Assembly: GCA_964016885.1 (NCBI GenBank)
Contig: OZ024754.1
Location: forward strand, 11,718,001-11,782,000
Length of the DNA: 64,000 bases
Direction: 5' to 3'
Origin: Eledone cirrhosa
Lineage: Eukaryota
Under the pieces are notes generated by a model that was given only the letters and a program-made list of their open reading frames with translations, was not told the origin of the DNA and made no database searches. Below, piece by piece: positions 13,924 to 53,303 of this stretch. How positions within the stretch are numbered: position 1 is the first letter of the stretch; each line of letters opens with the position of its first letter. Position numbers and translations under genes: made by a program.

Positions 13924-15713
13924 TAATTCAAATAAAAAGGGGGGAGCTTAGATTTTGGTTTTTTAAATAAGCAAATATAAAACCATAGAAGAAAGAAAGC
14001 AAGCTATATGTATTTTATAAAAAAAAAAAAATTAAAAAAAATTATAATACAAAATGAGAAATGTCAATAGACTTTACTTAGAGTGCCTGACTCTATAAGT
14101 ATAATTGGTAGTTTCACGGAGGATTGTAGATTGTTGAAATAGTTTATCCTTTGCTTCATTTAAAATAAGGAAAATACTATACATCAAACGTTTTGCATAT
14201 AATATAATATATTGAGAATAAATTAATATGTTGGAAAGACATAAAGACAGTAGTACTAGTAGCAGCAACTTAAAATTTAAATTTCGGAGAGCTGCAATAA
14301 GGTTTTTAAATTAAAACAAATGGGAGCGCAGCACATAATTTCAAAATAAAACTTAAAATATCCAATATTTGGTGAATAACAAAAAAGAGAATTTGTATAA
14401 GTGCGTGTTCTCAGAAATCTGCAACCAATATTTATGAAGATTGGTGTGTGTATATGTATGTATATATATATTAACAGTTCCCAACCTGGGGTCTGCAAGC
14501 TAAGTTCAAAATTTCAAGTACTTTGTTAAAAAACATACGCACATGCTTTTGGGCATCCATCCCTATTTTTTTTTTTAATTTTACAATTGTTATTCTCACT
14601 ATATAACAATCTGGGGGTGGGGTGGAGAGGTCCATTGGAAAATTCATTTAAATGATAGGGACCCTAGGAGTGAAAAGGTTAGGGACCACTGGTATATATA
14701 TATATATATATTATATATTATATATATATATACACACACACACACAATATATATATATAATATATTATATTATATATATATATATATTAGATATGGAAGA
14801 CAGGCATAATTTGCGCTATCAAGAGGTTTACAAAAAAAATCTCTATGATCATAGCTAAGGCAACCTAATACTTGGCAAGTTTCAGTAAAGTTGACTAGAT
14901 CACTATGCTTGCAATGTTCTACTAAAACACACTATTAATAACTTCTTGAAATGCTTATTTGTATTTATTTAACATTTATCACATTGTAATCTTAAACAGA
15001 TCATTAACCACAATAACAATTTTATTTAATTCTTTCGTTGCTGATTGTAAATATTCTCAACAGCAGAAAAATACTTTATTCCACTCATTCAAGTTTTAGA
15101 ACCAGATTTCTGAAGGGTTGGATGCTGAATGCTATAAATTAGAGATTTCCCTGATACTAAATTTCAGCCCCATATGACTAGTAACTGGCCTCATGTAGCA
15201 GTGAAAGTATTTATTGTCAAATGGAAGATGTGTGTGTGTGTGTGTGGGGGGGGGGTTATGAGGATTGATATTAGAGCTAAAAAGATTGGAATTAGACATC
15301 ATTTATGACAACAATGTTGTTTAATCAACAGAACAACCTGCTTGAAGAATTAATGTGTAAGTGGCTGAGCATTTCACAGATATGTGTATCCCTATCATAA
15401 TTCTTAGAGATTCAAAGCTGGCCCTTTAAATTACATGACATTTTTATGAGCAAGTGGCTGAGCATTCTGCAGACATGTGTATCGTTAAGGTAGTAATTCT
15501 TAGAGATTCAGCATAGCACAACGTATAACAAAGCTGGCCTTTTGAATTACATCCAATAGTTTCCATTTACGTAATTTCAATCACAATGCTTGGGTCATCC
15601 CAAGACTGTAATGTGTTAATGGTAAATAACATAACCAAGATGAAACACTGGGAACTAATGACCTTGAAGTGAACTTCTTTAAACCTTTCTACCATACTGT
15701 GAACACTCTAGTA

Positions 15714-16135
15714 TAGGGGTGGCCAAACTACGGCCCGCTAAAGAATTTTGTGTGGCCTGTGGAAACATTTGACAAAAGAAAAAAAAAAACAAAAAAAAAA
15801 ATCAACAAATTTTCCTATATAATACTTAATCCGAGACTAGATCTAGTTACATTTTTGTTCAGGTATGTTCTGTGATGTACAGACACAAATTAAAAGAAAA
15901 CTGTTATAAGATTTTTGTATTTAATCATTGTATTAATTTATGTATTATAATGATGCAGTTTATATTTTATATTTTCTAAATTCTAACTGAAGAAAAATAA
16001 GGTTACTGGCACACTATATCCAATACTATCTAGTACTGTACTATACTATATCCAATACTATTAAATGGTGTGGTCCTCTGGTGTTCATCACCCAGTCAAT
16101 GTGGCGCCCCAATCCAAAAAGTTTGCCCACTCCAG
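15714..16135. mobile_element. hAT (Charlie-type) MITE with 8-bp target site duplication
   Basis: TIRs taggggtggccaaact / agtttgcccactccag; TSD ctctagta at 15706-15713 and 16136-16143. Confidence 0.85.
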
Positions 16136-16898
16136 CTCTAGTAGATAAATAAATAGAATATGGAGGCTAGACAGATCAGGTGACTACGTCTTGCTCATGC
16201 AATTCATTTTTGGTTTGGTTTTCTACGATTGATGCCCTTCATAATGCAAACCACATTACAACATATACTGGGAACTTTTTTTGTGGCACCAGCAAAACAA
16301 ACTTAGAGCTACTGAACAATTTTCAATAAAAACTCAAGTGGGACAAAATTTGTTTATACAGGATCCTATTGTTTTTATATTAGGATTTTAGACAAATAAC
16401 AGAGAGGGGAAGTCGATAATATTGATCACAGTGCTTGACCGGTACTTTATTTTAACAACCCCTAGAAGAATGATAGGCAAATTTGACCTTGGACCGATTT
16501 GAACTCAATGTAAAGAGCTGGAACAAATACTTTTGTTCACAACTCTGGAGTAGCAAATAATTCTAATGTAGACACAAGGCCAGGGGTTTGGGGGTGGATA
16601 AGTAAATTACATTGACTTCAGTACATGACTGGTACTTTATTTTATTAGAGTAGCAAATAATAATAAAAATAATAAATATTCTTTAATTTAGAATTTTCAA
16701 CTAATGAAACCATTCTTTTTCATTTAAATATTTATGAGTTTTTATCAAGAATAATTTACATAATATTGAAAAAGAAAAATGTACTGTGTGCTTGCAATCC
16801 ATGTGTATATATATATCATTCATTATATATATTGTTCATTATATACAGTTAAATTATAAAGGCAAAATTCCAATCAGATATTTAGAGAACTCATTTCA

Positions 16899-17286
16899 TT
16901 AACTCTTAACATCCTGTAATGATTTAGCTGAAAATAACTAAAAACGGGTTTGTTAATTCAAATGTTTATATCTTTACTAGTGGACAAATTGTTGTGAAAA
17001 TTTGCAGTAAACTAAAGACTTTGGGATGCAGTCAAGGTGATGTTTTGTACTTTTCAAGAATGTTAAGCTATAGTGGTTTCATTTGATATTAGAGTTAAAT
17101 ATTAGAATATCTAAAATTGGGTTTGTTTATTCAAATGTTTATGGTGTCTTCACGAGTAAACACATCACTGAAAGTTTACAGTAAACTAAATAATTATTAA
17201 TGTGATGCAGTCATGATACTATTTTGTACTTTTCAAGAATGTCTTGCTAATGTGGTTTCATACGGTACAGGATGTTAAAGAGTTAA
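16899..17286. mobile_element. TTAA-flanked MITE (TIR ctcttaacatcctgta); relatives at 24911-25424 and ~27480-27883
   Basis: ttaactcttaacatcctgta...tacaggatgttaaagagttaa. Confidence 0.7.
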
Positions 17287-18496
17287 AGGGAGAAAGAATG
17301 CCAAAAGCCAATAATGATTCTTGGTCCCAATACAATGTCATGTATATTTATTTATATTTTTTTGTTCCTGTTTAAGCAGACTCATCCCCACAACTGAATA
17401 ATGCCAGTATTTTGAAATAAATAAAAATAAACTTACAAAGATCAAGCACACATTAGACTAGATTTAAAGAAAGATAAAAAAAATTGGTTTTTACATAGGC
17501 ATAAAGTCACAAATATTTTTGGGAAGAGAAACGCGATTGTACGATGTTCATGCCTTTCCCAAGGGTACAAATTAAAATGTAATATACAGCTCACTTGTGT
17601 ATGTTTAGCTGGTCTCCTACAAAGTTGCATCCCATTGGAGGTTTCATGGATGTTTTAAGAATAGGGACAAACCCAGTCCTATAATGAAAAGCAATGTGAA
17701 ATGAAGTGTCTTGCTCAAGAACACAATGCGTTGCCTGGTCAAGAAATTGAACCCGCAATCTTATGATTGTCAGTTGAACACCCTAACCACTAGGCCATAT
17801 GCCTTCACAAGGGAGGAGAGGAGTCTAGTAACTGGAGTGATGTGATGGAACTACAGTTGGGGAATTAAAACCAGTTCTTGGTGTTAGTTCAACAGAGAAA
17901 GAGAGAGAGAGAAATATAATTAGAATAGAATATTAGATACAGCTGGAGCATAAAAAACAAACATTTATAAAGGAGATATAATTTCTTTGGCAAAAAAAAA
18001 AATGTTCCACTTAATATAGAACAAAATTTGTTGAGCAAAATAAAATAAAAATCATGCCTATATACATATATAGGCATACAAACATGGAAAAAACAGACAA
18101 AAAACAATGATGATACATACATGTATTAATTTATGTATGTATACATATACATATATATAAGTACCAGTCCAATACTGGGGTCGATTCTTCCTTAATAGAA
18201 AAAATCGGCTGTGTTCAGACCTGGAGAGGGTTGGGCTCCACCAAGTTTAAATGTGCCCTAGACGTGCCATATGACAGTGCCGCTACAACTCCACAAGGAG
18301 TTATGGGATCTTTATTAGACACACACACATACTGGATATTAAACAATTATTTTTTTCCACTGTTACAAAAACAATACATGAGATTAACATAAAAAATAAA
18401 TATATAATCAAAACTAATAAACAAAAAAGAAAAAAAAAATCACAAAGGCAGAAACATAAATGTTATTAATACTGGTTAGGTTGAACGACTTAATAT

Positions 18497-18711
18497 TAAC
18501 CCTTTAGCATTTAATCCAGCCATATCTGGCCAGAATTCTCTCACCTCTTTCTGTTTAAACTGGCCATAACCAGCTGCACATACTTATGTTAAGGTATTTT
18601 TCTCAAAATAAATAGTATCAAAATCTCTTAGATTCGATATTATGTGAGGTAAAGCCATTACCGTGAAAATACAATAGTAAATATAGAGTAATGTAAATGC
18701 TAAAGGGTTAA
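18497..18711 (+). mobile_element. piggyBac-type MITE (~210 bp; TIR CCCTTTAGCATTTA, TTAA target); copies at ~11077-11281, 13611-13805, 29247-29461, 36239-36468, 39676-39890(-), 39891-40671 (interrupted), 46709-46916(-)
   Basis: ttaaccctttagcattta...taaatgctaaagggttaa; conserved interior gccagaattctctcacctctttctgttcaaac. Confidence 0.85.
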
Positions 18712-21198
18712 ATCATTTTTGATTAATGTTTTCTTAATAAAAACATCCAAAATATACCTTTTTTCAGTAGCAATTCCTTATTTTGTGTTGATTTTAAGAT
18801 GATATGAATGAGACCAAAAAACGAAGGGAGGATTAACTGTAAATTCACACAGTGAGATACATTTTTATCATTAAATGAGCAGTTTAAGTTACAGGGGGTA
18901 CTAAAGAAAATAATACTATCTTAAAGACAGGGCTGGCACCTGGGTATTTATCACCCTAGGCTAGCTCTACTATGTGCACCTGGGTATTTAGCACCCTAGG
19001 CTAGCTCTACAAAATAATTTTAACTTGCAGTTTGGCAAGCTAATGATGCTAGTTTTTGACAATTTTTGTTCTGACCACACTAAGAAAATTACTAAGCCTG
19101 AATTGTCCACTGCACAGTCCACATTCACTCATGCTACACCATACAAACCCTCTCTGCAGCTTTTGATAATTCCACAATGCTGCTCTGCAGTGAATATATT
19201 GATCACAGGAAATTATATATTTAATTTAATTATACTGATCCTTTAAAGGTCCAGAATGGGTCTCTCTCTGAGGTCTACACCCTAGACAGCTGCTTAGGTG
19301 GCCTTAATGATAATGCCAGCCCTGCTTATTCAGACAGTGAGTCTTGTCATTAAAAAAAACATTCACTCAATCTTTTTAAAAGCAGTTTACACAATTAAGG
19401 AGGAGACAATAAAAAGAAATGACCCATTTCATTGATGTAATAAGTTAATGTAGTATAATATATATATATATATATATATATTAATATGGTCAGCTGAAAT
19501 GCTCATAGGCTGACCACAGATATTCTCATTTAATGACCAAATGAGGTTTACTTTTCAGCAATGCAGTTAATAAGATTTGAAATTAATGTATGCAAGATTT
19601 CACAACACTAGCATCACTCCTTCATAGTCAGCCTCTGAACATTTCAGCCAATTCTCATATATATCATCACCGTTTAACATCTATTTTCTATGCTTGCATG
19701 GGTTAGATGGGTTATGTTATGTTATGGAGCTAGCCAGATCAGGTGACCACGTCTTGCTCATACAATGTTTTTTGGCTAGGTTTTTTTACAGTTGGATGCC
19801 CTTCCTAATGTCAGCCATATTGCAATATGGCTGGCATTAGAAACAGCATCCAGCTACAGAAAAGCAAGCCAATATATATGTATATATATTATACATACGT
19901 ATATTAATTTTTATGAAAACTATAATATCCTCATTTAAAAATTCAGTTTGTGGCAGATGAAAATAAAAAAAAAAATCATTGAAATATTGATTAAACAAAA
20001 AATATATATAAAAGCTATTTCAGTAATCTGACGCGTATATGTGTGTGTGTGTGTATGAGTATGTGAGTGTTTTAGAAAGACAAAAATATTTAATTATATA
20101 AGAAGCAGTTTCAGGGTTGAAAATGAAAAAAAAAAATTGTTTAATTAAATTAAAAAGTAGAAAGGAATTTTTAAGAGACTTGATATTGATATATACACCC
20201 TTACACACACATCTGTGCATAGAATGCATATATCTTTAAAGAAAGTATATGTATACATACATAAACAAAACGAAACCAAAGAGTAGTTATACAAAACAAT
20301 GATCTGGTGATTCACTTGCACATTCTTACATAGATATACATCTGTACAGACTGAGAAAACCAGCTCTCATCACTAATAAACAATGTTTATATTCAGTCTT
20401 TAAACACAGCTAGCTGGCTTCTTTTGTACATATTTCTTTTGTACAATTTTATTTAAATACAAGTTAACGTTGAAGGTATTTTTCTTTGTGGAAGTTCATA
20501 GAAAAATACAAAGCATGTTCGTATAAACATCAAAATCAAATTGATGTCAAATTGTTTTGTTTTTTTTATAATATAGTTATCAGTCTTATTTTTTCTGTCT
20601 CTTAAATTTTAAAACATCCAACTCCAACCAATTTTCTTTACTTTCAAGAATGGAATGGATGAAAAGCAGAAAAGAAGAAAGAGTGAGAGAAATGTATGCA
20701 AATATATGATATATAACATATATAGTATATATAAAATATATTTAGTGCATATGATATATATGATATATAATATATATAGTATATATGATATATAATATAT
20801 ATAGTATATATGATATATAATATATATAGTATATATGATATATAATATATAATATATTATATATATAAATATATATATATATGATATATATATGATATAT
20901 ATATATATATATAGTATTCTATTATTAACAGGCACAGCAAATATCAAATATTTCTAACTCGATACTCTATAACTGAGCAAGATATTTTTTGTGGGGAAAG
21001 GAAAAAAAAAAACACCCAAAACATTTGCATGCATCGTAGCACACAATAAGTGGGGGATGGTGGCTGGAATTTACGATGTAGGAATTTCTTTTTTTTTTTA
21101 CTTTATTTTATTTATTTATTTATTTATTTATTCATTTATTTATTGTCTTAATAAAGAGAAGAGAATAAAAGAGACAGGTAAGCAATATTTTGGGATAC

Positions 21199-45448
<24,250 letters not shown>

Positions 45449-48400
45449 CTGAAAAATTTAATAAAATAATTGATACATTATAAAACAATACACCACTGTC
45501 TCATCACTGATACAATGACAAACCATTTTATGGTCATATTTCTAATGAAATACTGGTTATGTGCATAAATTAATTTTTAAAATAGTCAATGATAGAGAGA
45601 GTACGATGGGTTATCAAACAAGAATGTTTCAATGGCAGACACAGTATAAATAAGGAAGACTTGGGGTGGGGGAGGAGGATTTAATTGAAAAGGGGTAATT
45701 ATGATAGGATGGGTAGGATGATGGTGGGGAGTAGGGGGGGGGAAGAAGGCGATAAATAGTAGAAGTGGGTGTAGCCATAGAAAATTAACTGGTCAGTGGA
45801 AGGCAGGTGGTGAATGTGGAGGTGGATGTATAGGAGGGTTAGTGATAAATGTTAGTGGGATTGGCAGGATAAAGTGGTGGATGGAATATACATCCTGGAG
45901 CAGATGATACTTTATAATCTGGAACAAGACATTTCATTTCATGTTTTTCATGACAGGTCTATGGCTCTTTCATTTAAAAACACCCAAGAAAACCTTTCTG
46001 TGTGGTGCAACATTGTAGGAAGCCAGCTACACCTGTATAGGTGTAAACTGTAAAGTTCATTTTTCACATCTATTGTTTGTTTAGTGAGCAAATGTTTTTA
46101 GCCTAGTTATATAGATAGTGGTCTAAAAAACATCTATGAGCCATTGTGTATATAGTTCATGCATCACTGAGTATGAATACAGACATTCTATCTCTGTAAT
46201 TATATACCCTTTTTATTAAACTAAAAATAGCTCTAATGGAAACAGTAACTGATTATTTCACTCAATGCGACTTCCTAAGTATAAAGTTTAAAATGTATTC
46301 TTTTATTAAATGGCTTCAGTCATTAGACTGCAGCCATGCTAGGGTACTCCCTTGAAAGGATTTTAGTTCATCAAGTCCAGTACATATTTTTTCGAAGTAC
46401 TGGTTCTTATTTTATCAATCACTTTTTTTATTGAACCCCTGAATATTGGGACATAAACACTACCACAGATACATACCCTCCTCATACATACACAGGCAAC
46501 AGTCTCTGCAGTTTCTACAAACCAAATGTCACTCACAAGGCATTGGTCAACCTAAGGCTATAGTAGATGACACTTGTCCGACGTGATACCACACAGTGGG
46601 ACTAAACTTAGACCCAAATGGTTGCAGAACAAACCCTTTAACCACCCAGCCACGTCTATACATTTATAAAACTAAAAATATAAGGCGAGCTAGAACCATC
46701 ACATAATTTAACCCGTTAGCATTTACATTACTCTATATATACCATTGTATTTTTGTGGTAAAGGCTTTATCTCACATAATATCGAATCTATAAGATCTTG
46801 ATATTTATTTTAAGGACAATACCTTAACATCAATATGAGTGGCCACTTACGGCTGGTTTGAACAGAAAGAGATGAGAAAATTCTGGCCGGATACAGCCAG
46901 AATGCTAAGGGGTCAAGGAGAAAATATGTAAAATATCAAAGTAGTAATTAATATACCAGACATAGCTGAGTGGTTAAGAAATTCACTTAGCAATCATGAG
47001 GTCCTGGGCTCAATCCTACTGCACGGCAACTAGGGAAAGTGTCTTTACCATAGGTAGCCTCAGGTTGAAGCCTTGAGTGAAACTGGATAGGGAGAAGATA
47101 TGTCGAAACCTATAGATTGTACCTACACTTCAATTGTATGGCCTTGTCCTATAGTGTTGTGGAATACTCAACCACACACACATCAATTCCAGAGGTGGAC
47201 ATTCAGTTGATCAAATGGTCATCATGCTCAGTGCTCAATGATGGAGTGCTGACTGTTGGAAGATTCCTCATCAATATAATCAAGAATTTAAGAGATTTTT
47301 CTCACCATTCATGGCTATATTTCTCATGAAACATTTTGATACATTCATGAGAAATTTGAAAGAATATGCTAAATTATTATTTCATTAATTATTTGTTAAG
47401 TTTCGAAACAAAATTCAACAAAAACTTTATGAAATTTTAAGTTGGAAGATTATAATTTAAATAGGAATGGGTAATTTTGTTTCAGAGAATCAAAGGAGAA
47501 TTAAGTGAGTTGATATAAGTTCTTAAGTAAAATGATGGAATGTTTTTAGATAAATATAAACACTTTCAGCGGCAATTTCAGGCAGTTTGAAATCAATAGG
47601 GTTAACCAATATAGGAAAGTGAGCGGAGACAGAGGATATTTCTAATCATGTTTCACAAGCAGCAAAACTAATCTTCAGAGAGATTCAGAATTTAGCAAAT
47701 TGTAAAGCTGTGATGCTGATGCAAAAATGTCTGGTGTTTACTGTAGCAAGCAGACAGTGCAGCTACTAAACAGCTTATATTACACAGATCTACAAAGTTA
47801 AGCAGCAATACCAAAGTAAGAATGAAGACATTAAATCATGTAATGAGGAATGATGATTTAAAACATTTAAGTGGTTAGAAGAGAGGCATGGTAACTGGAG
47901 ATGTTACACTCATTGTAGAAATATGATTTCTCCTGATCTGGGAGTGTAATAAGCATTGGCAATCAAATTACACACACACACATGTATGTATTTATGTATA
48001 CACATATGTATATATTTATGTATATGTATGTTAAACTAATATATTTCTTCATTGTACTGAGTTTGCTTTGCTGTTCCCGTTTACTTTTAGCATAATGTGC
48101 ACCCCACCTACACACAAACACGTCGTCCTCCCTCACCATGACGCTGGACAACTAACCCCCCCCCCCTCCTCCTCATTATTATTATTCTTATTTATTTTTG
48201 TAATTTCTTCTTAACATTTTCTTTGCTATTTTCCTTTTGTGTTATTTTACTGATGAAGGACACATGCCCGATACGTTGACTGTGTTAACTTTCTCCAAGC
48301 GTAAAACTAATACACTTTGTTATTGCATTCTTTTCTTTGTTTGTTTTGTGTTTCCTTGATGTACTCTGTATGTGTGTGTGTGTGTGTATGTAAGTACACA

Positions 48401-48769
48401 CACATACTTATGCTATGTGTGTGTGTATATATATATACACACACACATACTCTGTGTGTATATATACACACACACACATACTGTGTATATATATATACAC
48501 ACACACAGTGTGTGTGTGTGTGTGTGTATGTAAGTACACTTGGTGCATTTTCTCAGCACTAAGGAGGTTGTGGTGTCTTTGAAACAACTGAAGAGTCATC
48601 CAACACTAGAGAGGTTGTTGTGCTCTTGACACAACTGAAGAGTCCCTTTGATCCCATTTTGGCATAATTTCAACAGCTGGATGCCCTTCCTATTGCCAAC
48701 TCCCTTACAGAGTGTTTTGAGTGCCTTTTTTGTGACACCAGCACTAGAGAGGTTGTCAAAATAAGAAAA

Positions 48770-50255
48770 TCTTCTCAGTGATTCTTTCCCGAGACATTCT
48801 AACTACATGCCCGTAGTATCTGAGCTGTGATCTCTCAATTCAAAGAAGTAACAGCTCTACTTGGAGTGACTTTCTGAGCTATGCACTATCGAGTAACATT
48901 ACTCAAAAGACCCTTCGGAGGAACCCCATTTTGGCTGCCTGTATTCGCAATCGTATTATTACAGTCATTACCCAAGATTCATGACCATAGGTAAGGGTTG
49001 GCATGAATACCGAATTGAAGATAGCAAGTTTGGCTTTCACACCTATCTCCCTTCTGATTACTGAATGCTGAAGCTGGCACATTACTGCACCAGCTCCAGC
49101 AATTCTTGCACTTAAGTCAGCCTCCTGCCTGCCATCACTTGTGAACACAGCCCCAATATACTTGAACTTCTGCACCTGCTTCAGTGAAACTCCATTCACA
49201 TGTCATCACTTGTGAACACAGCCCCAATATACTTGAACTTCTGCACCTGCTTCAGTGAAACTCCATTCACATGTCATCACTTGTGAACACAGCCCCAATA
49301 TACTTGAACTTCTGCACCAGCTTCAGTGAAACTCCATTCACATGTCATCACTTGTGAACACAGCCCCAATATACTTGAACTTCTGCACCAGCTTCAGTGA
49401 AACTCCATTCACATGTCATCACTTGTGAACACAGCCCCAATATACTTGAACTTCTGCACCAGCTTCAGTGAAACTCCATTCACATGTCATCACTTGTGAA
49501 CACAGCCCCAATATACTTGAACTTCTGCACCAGCTTCAGTGAAACTCCATTCACATGTCATCACTTGTGAACACAGCCCCAATATACTTGAACTTCTGCA
49601 CCAGCTTCAGTGAAACTCCATTCACATGTCATCACTTGTGAACACAGCCCCAATATACTTGAACTTCTGCACCAGCTTCAGTGAAACTCCATTCACATGT
49701 CATCACTTGTGAACACAGCCCCAATATACTTGAACTTCTGCACCAGCTTCAGTGAAACTCCATTCACATGTCATCACTTGTGAACACAGCCCCAATATAC
49801 TTGAACTTCTGCACCAGCTTCAGTGAAACTCCATTCACATGTCATCACTTGTGAACACAGCCCCAATATACTTGAACTTCTGCACCAGCTTCAGTGAAAC
49901 TCCATTCACATGTCATCACTTGTGAACACAGCCCCAATATACTTGAACTTCTGCACCAGCTTCAGTGAAACTCCATTCACATGTCATCACTTGTGAACAC
50001 AGCCCCAATATACTTGAACTTCTGCACCAGCTTCAGTGAAACTCCATTCACATGTCATCACTTGTGAACACAGCCCCAATATACTTGAACTTCTGCACCA
50101 GCTTCAGTGAAACTCCATTCACATGTAGAGTGCACTGCACAGGCTTCCTTGAGAGGACAAATGTCTCAGATTTCACTGCACTGATTTTCATTCCAGCGAT
50201 GCAGCACCCAGCCTCAAACACACCGAGTGCAAGTTGGAGATCACCTTCTCTCGAG
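48770..50255 (-). mobile_element. RTE-like LINE RT fragment containing an internal 14 x 71-bp tandem amplification; related decayed copy at ~9880-10270
   Basis: GMKISAVKSE...VQKFKYIG...PTLTYGHESW...IQAAKMGFLRR. Confidence 0.85.
49133..50126. repeat. 71-bp tandem array, 14 near-identical copies, derived from LINE RT coding sequence
   Basis: gtgaacacag recurs at 49141, 49212, 49283 ... 50064. Confidence 0.97.
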
Positions 50256-50956
50256 TTATTTATTGATTGCAGAAAATTAATGCACTGGATAATTGCTGGC
50301 CTTGTGCCTAACGTAGAAACAATTATATATTTAATTATACAAATTTGTATCAAACTGTGATCCCTTAAGGTTCGGTAATGTGCCTCTCTAAGGTCTGTGC
50401 CCTAGGTAGCTGCCTAGTTGGCCCTCATGGTAGCACTGGCCCTGGTACAATGATAAATATAATAGTGAGAATAATAATAATTGTTTCTACTTTTGGCACA
50501 AGGCCAGCAATTACCCCAGTGCATTACTGGTGCTTTATTTTATCGACCACGTAAAGATGAAAGGCAAAGTTAACCTCAGCGGCATTTGAACTCAGACCGT
50601 AACGGGCCATAACTCTATACTGTAAAGCATGGCGTCTGACCTAGTTATACTGGCAATCCACCGTGACAATAGTAATAATATTGATTGAATGTATGTAGGC
50701 TAAATGTCACATCTTGCTAGACAGTCACTTTACACAGAGGATCAATATGGAGTGGTAGATGTGTGTAACAGTGAGGGCAAGTGTAACAGAGAGGACAGGT
50801 AAGGAAGGATACTTAAGAGGAGTATATTGACTACCTTGCTTGTAACAGTGATTGGGTCTCCTCTGGCACCATGTGCCACCACTCACTACAGTCTTTTGTC
50901 ATCTATAATGTGTTTCAACATCTTCAGGTTAGTCTCCAACACTATATATGTATATA

Positions 50957-51545
50957 TGAAAGACAACAGCTGCATAAAAAAGTGCAGGGCGATCAAAATT
51001 GATGGTAGTAGGCAGACCTAGAAAAACCTGGGACGATCTGATAAATTCCGACCTTACACACATGCACCTCTCTAAGACAATGTCACTGGACCGAGATCTT
51101 TGGCGCTACGCAGTAATACAGAGGACCCGCCTTGCCTATGTACAAAGCGAAACCTACAGTCAGTAGGCACCTCCTAACCAAATATACACCCCAATCCACT
51201 ACCCCTACCCTATCCTCCCACTCCCACCAACACCACACCCTCTCTCTATAAAGTTGGTACCACAACATCCAGTCCAAATAAATGAGATAATGAGATCGAG
51301 ATAAAAAAAACACACAGTCCACGCTGTAATGTGGCCGTGTAGGTAACATGGTAAAAAGTTCCCAGTTCCACACTGTAAATGTGGTTGGTGTTAGGAAGGG
51401 CATCCAGTCGTAGAAAACCTGCTAGATAGTCCTATATGAGCGAGACACAGTCACCCGAGCAACCTTGCCTCAAGTGGCACAACACCCGTCTAACCCATGC
51501 TAGCGTGGAAGATGGACATTAAACGATGATGATGATGATGATGAT
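50957..51545 (+). mobile_element. RTE-clade LINE 3' fragment (same subfamily as 59600-60590)
   Basis: KDNSCIKKCRAIKIDG; shared 3'UTR and (gat)n tail. Confidence 0.8.
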
Positions 51546-51802
51546 ATGTGTATGTGTAAATGTATATATATATTACTGTCTCCTCAATCTTTCTATTTCT
51601 TCTTTAATTTCTCATTCTTTTTCCTGATGGAGGATTAGTGTCCAAAACGTTAAAACCCTCTTCCTGCTATTTCAAGCGTTAAACTAATATATTCCTTCCA
51701 TGTACTGTGCTGTTTGTTTTGTTATTTCTGTTTACCTTTTACATACATATATAAAGTGGATCAATGATGACAATAATGACAGCAACAGCATTAAACATTA
51801 TA

Positions 51803-51839
<37 letters not shown>

Positions 51840-51899
51840 GCATATATATATATATGCATATATATGCATATATATATATATATATATGCATATCTCTAT

Positions 51900-52477
51900 G
51901 AGAGAGAGACTGAGCATAAGAGGAATCAAATGCTGCGTGCAGGAGAGGCGGTTACGCTGGTATGGACATGTGATGCGTATGAAGGATGACAGCTGCATAA
52001 AAAGGTGCAGAGCACTAGAAGTTGATGGAAACCGCGGAGTGGGGAGACCCAAGATGACTTGGGATGAGGTGATAAAAGCCGACCTTACCCAACTACACCT
52101 CTCAAAGTCAATGACACACGACCGTGACTTCTGGCGTCACGCAGTAATACAGGGTACCCAACCTCCCATGGGTACATGCTGAAGAATATAAACAATATGC
52201 CCCCCCCCCCCCACCGCAAGGTGGTCGTGGAGGTGCCACGGCAAAAAAGCACCCAGCCCACACTGTAAAGTGGACGTGTAGGCGCCACGAAAAAGCTCCC
52301 AGCACTCACTGTAAATGAGGTTGGTGTTAGGAAGGGCATCCAGCTGTAGAAATCAAGCCAGATCAGTTCCTGTATGAGCAAGGCATGGTCAGCCGACCAG
52401 ACACTGCCCACAACAGGGCAACCCGTCTAACCCATGCTAGCGTGGAAGAACGGACGTAAAACGGTGATGATGATGAT
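51900..52477 (+). mobile_element. RTE-clade LINE 3' fragment
   Basis: RRLRWYGHVMRM...GRPKMTW, conserved 3'UTR (ggtgttaggaagggcatccagc...aacccatgctagc), (gat)n tail. Confidence 0.88.
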
Positions 52478-52570
52478 ATATATATATATATGCATATATA
52501 TATATATATGCATATATATATATATATATATATATATGCATATATATATATATATGCATATATATATATA

Positions 52571-52647
<77 letters not shown>

Positions 52648-52776
52648 GCATATATATATATATATATGCATATATATATATATATATGCATATATATATA
52701 TATATATGCATATATATATATATATATATATGCATATATATATATATATATATGCATATATATATATATATATATG

Positions 52777-53303
52777 TAGATAAATCTACCAAGAGTTTAC
52801 GGTAGTGTCCAATCCGTATGAAGAACTCAATGTATTCCGGATATCATGGAAAGAAGAGATGTAATGAAAATCCACTTTCGGTGAAAGATAAACGGTATAC
52901 AGAGTCAAGATAAAATATTAAACAAATAATGAACAAACAATTCCTTATATTAAACAAAAAAAGTTCACTATTTAACGATCGTTTCTAGGGTATATATGTG
53001 TTATAATTGGTATGCATATTTAACAGATCTATGTACAAAATTATACAAAATTATACAAATTATCAAGATTAAATATACATACCTAACTCATATATACGCA
53101 GTCTTCAGAAAAATGAAGACGGCGTATATATGAGTTAGGTATTGTATATTTAATCTTGATAATTTGTATAATTTTGTATAATTTTGTACATAGATCTGTT
53201 AAATATGCATACCAATTATAACACATATATACCCTAGAAACGATCGTTAAATAGTGAACTTTTTTTGTTTAATATAAGGAATTGTTTGTTCATTATTTGT
53301 TTA

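Noticed and set aside
45640-45900. G-rich block upstream of the 168-nt Abi exon
   Set aside because: Low-complexity purine tract with no ORF or defined structure beyond generic G4 potential
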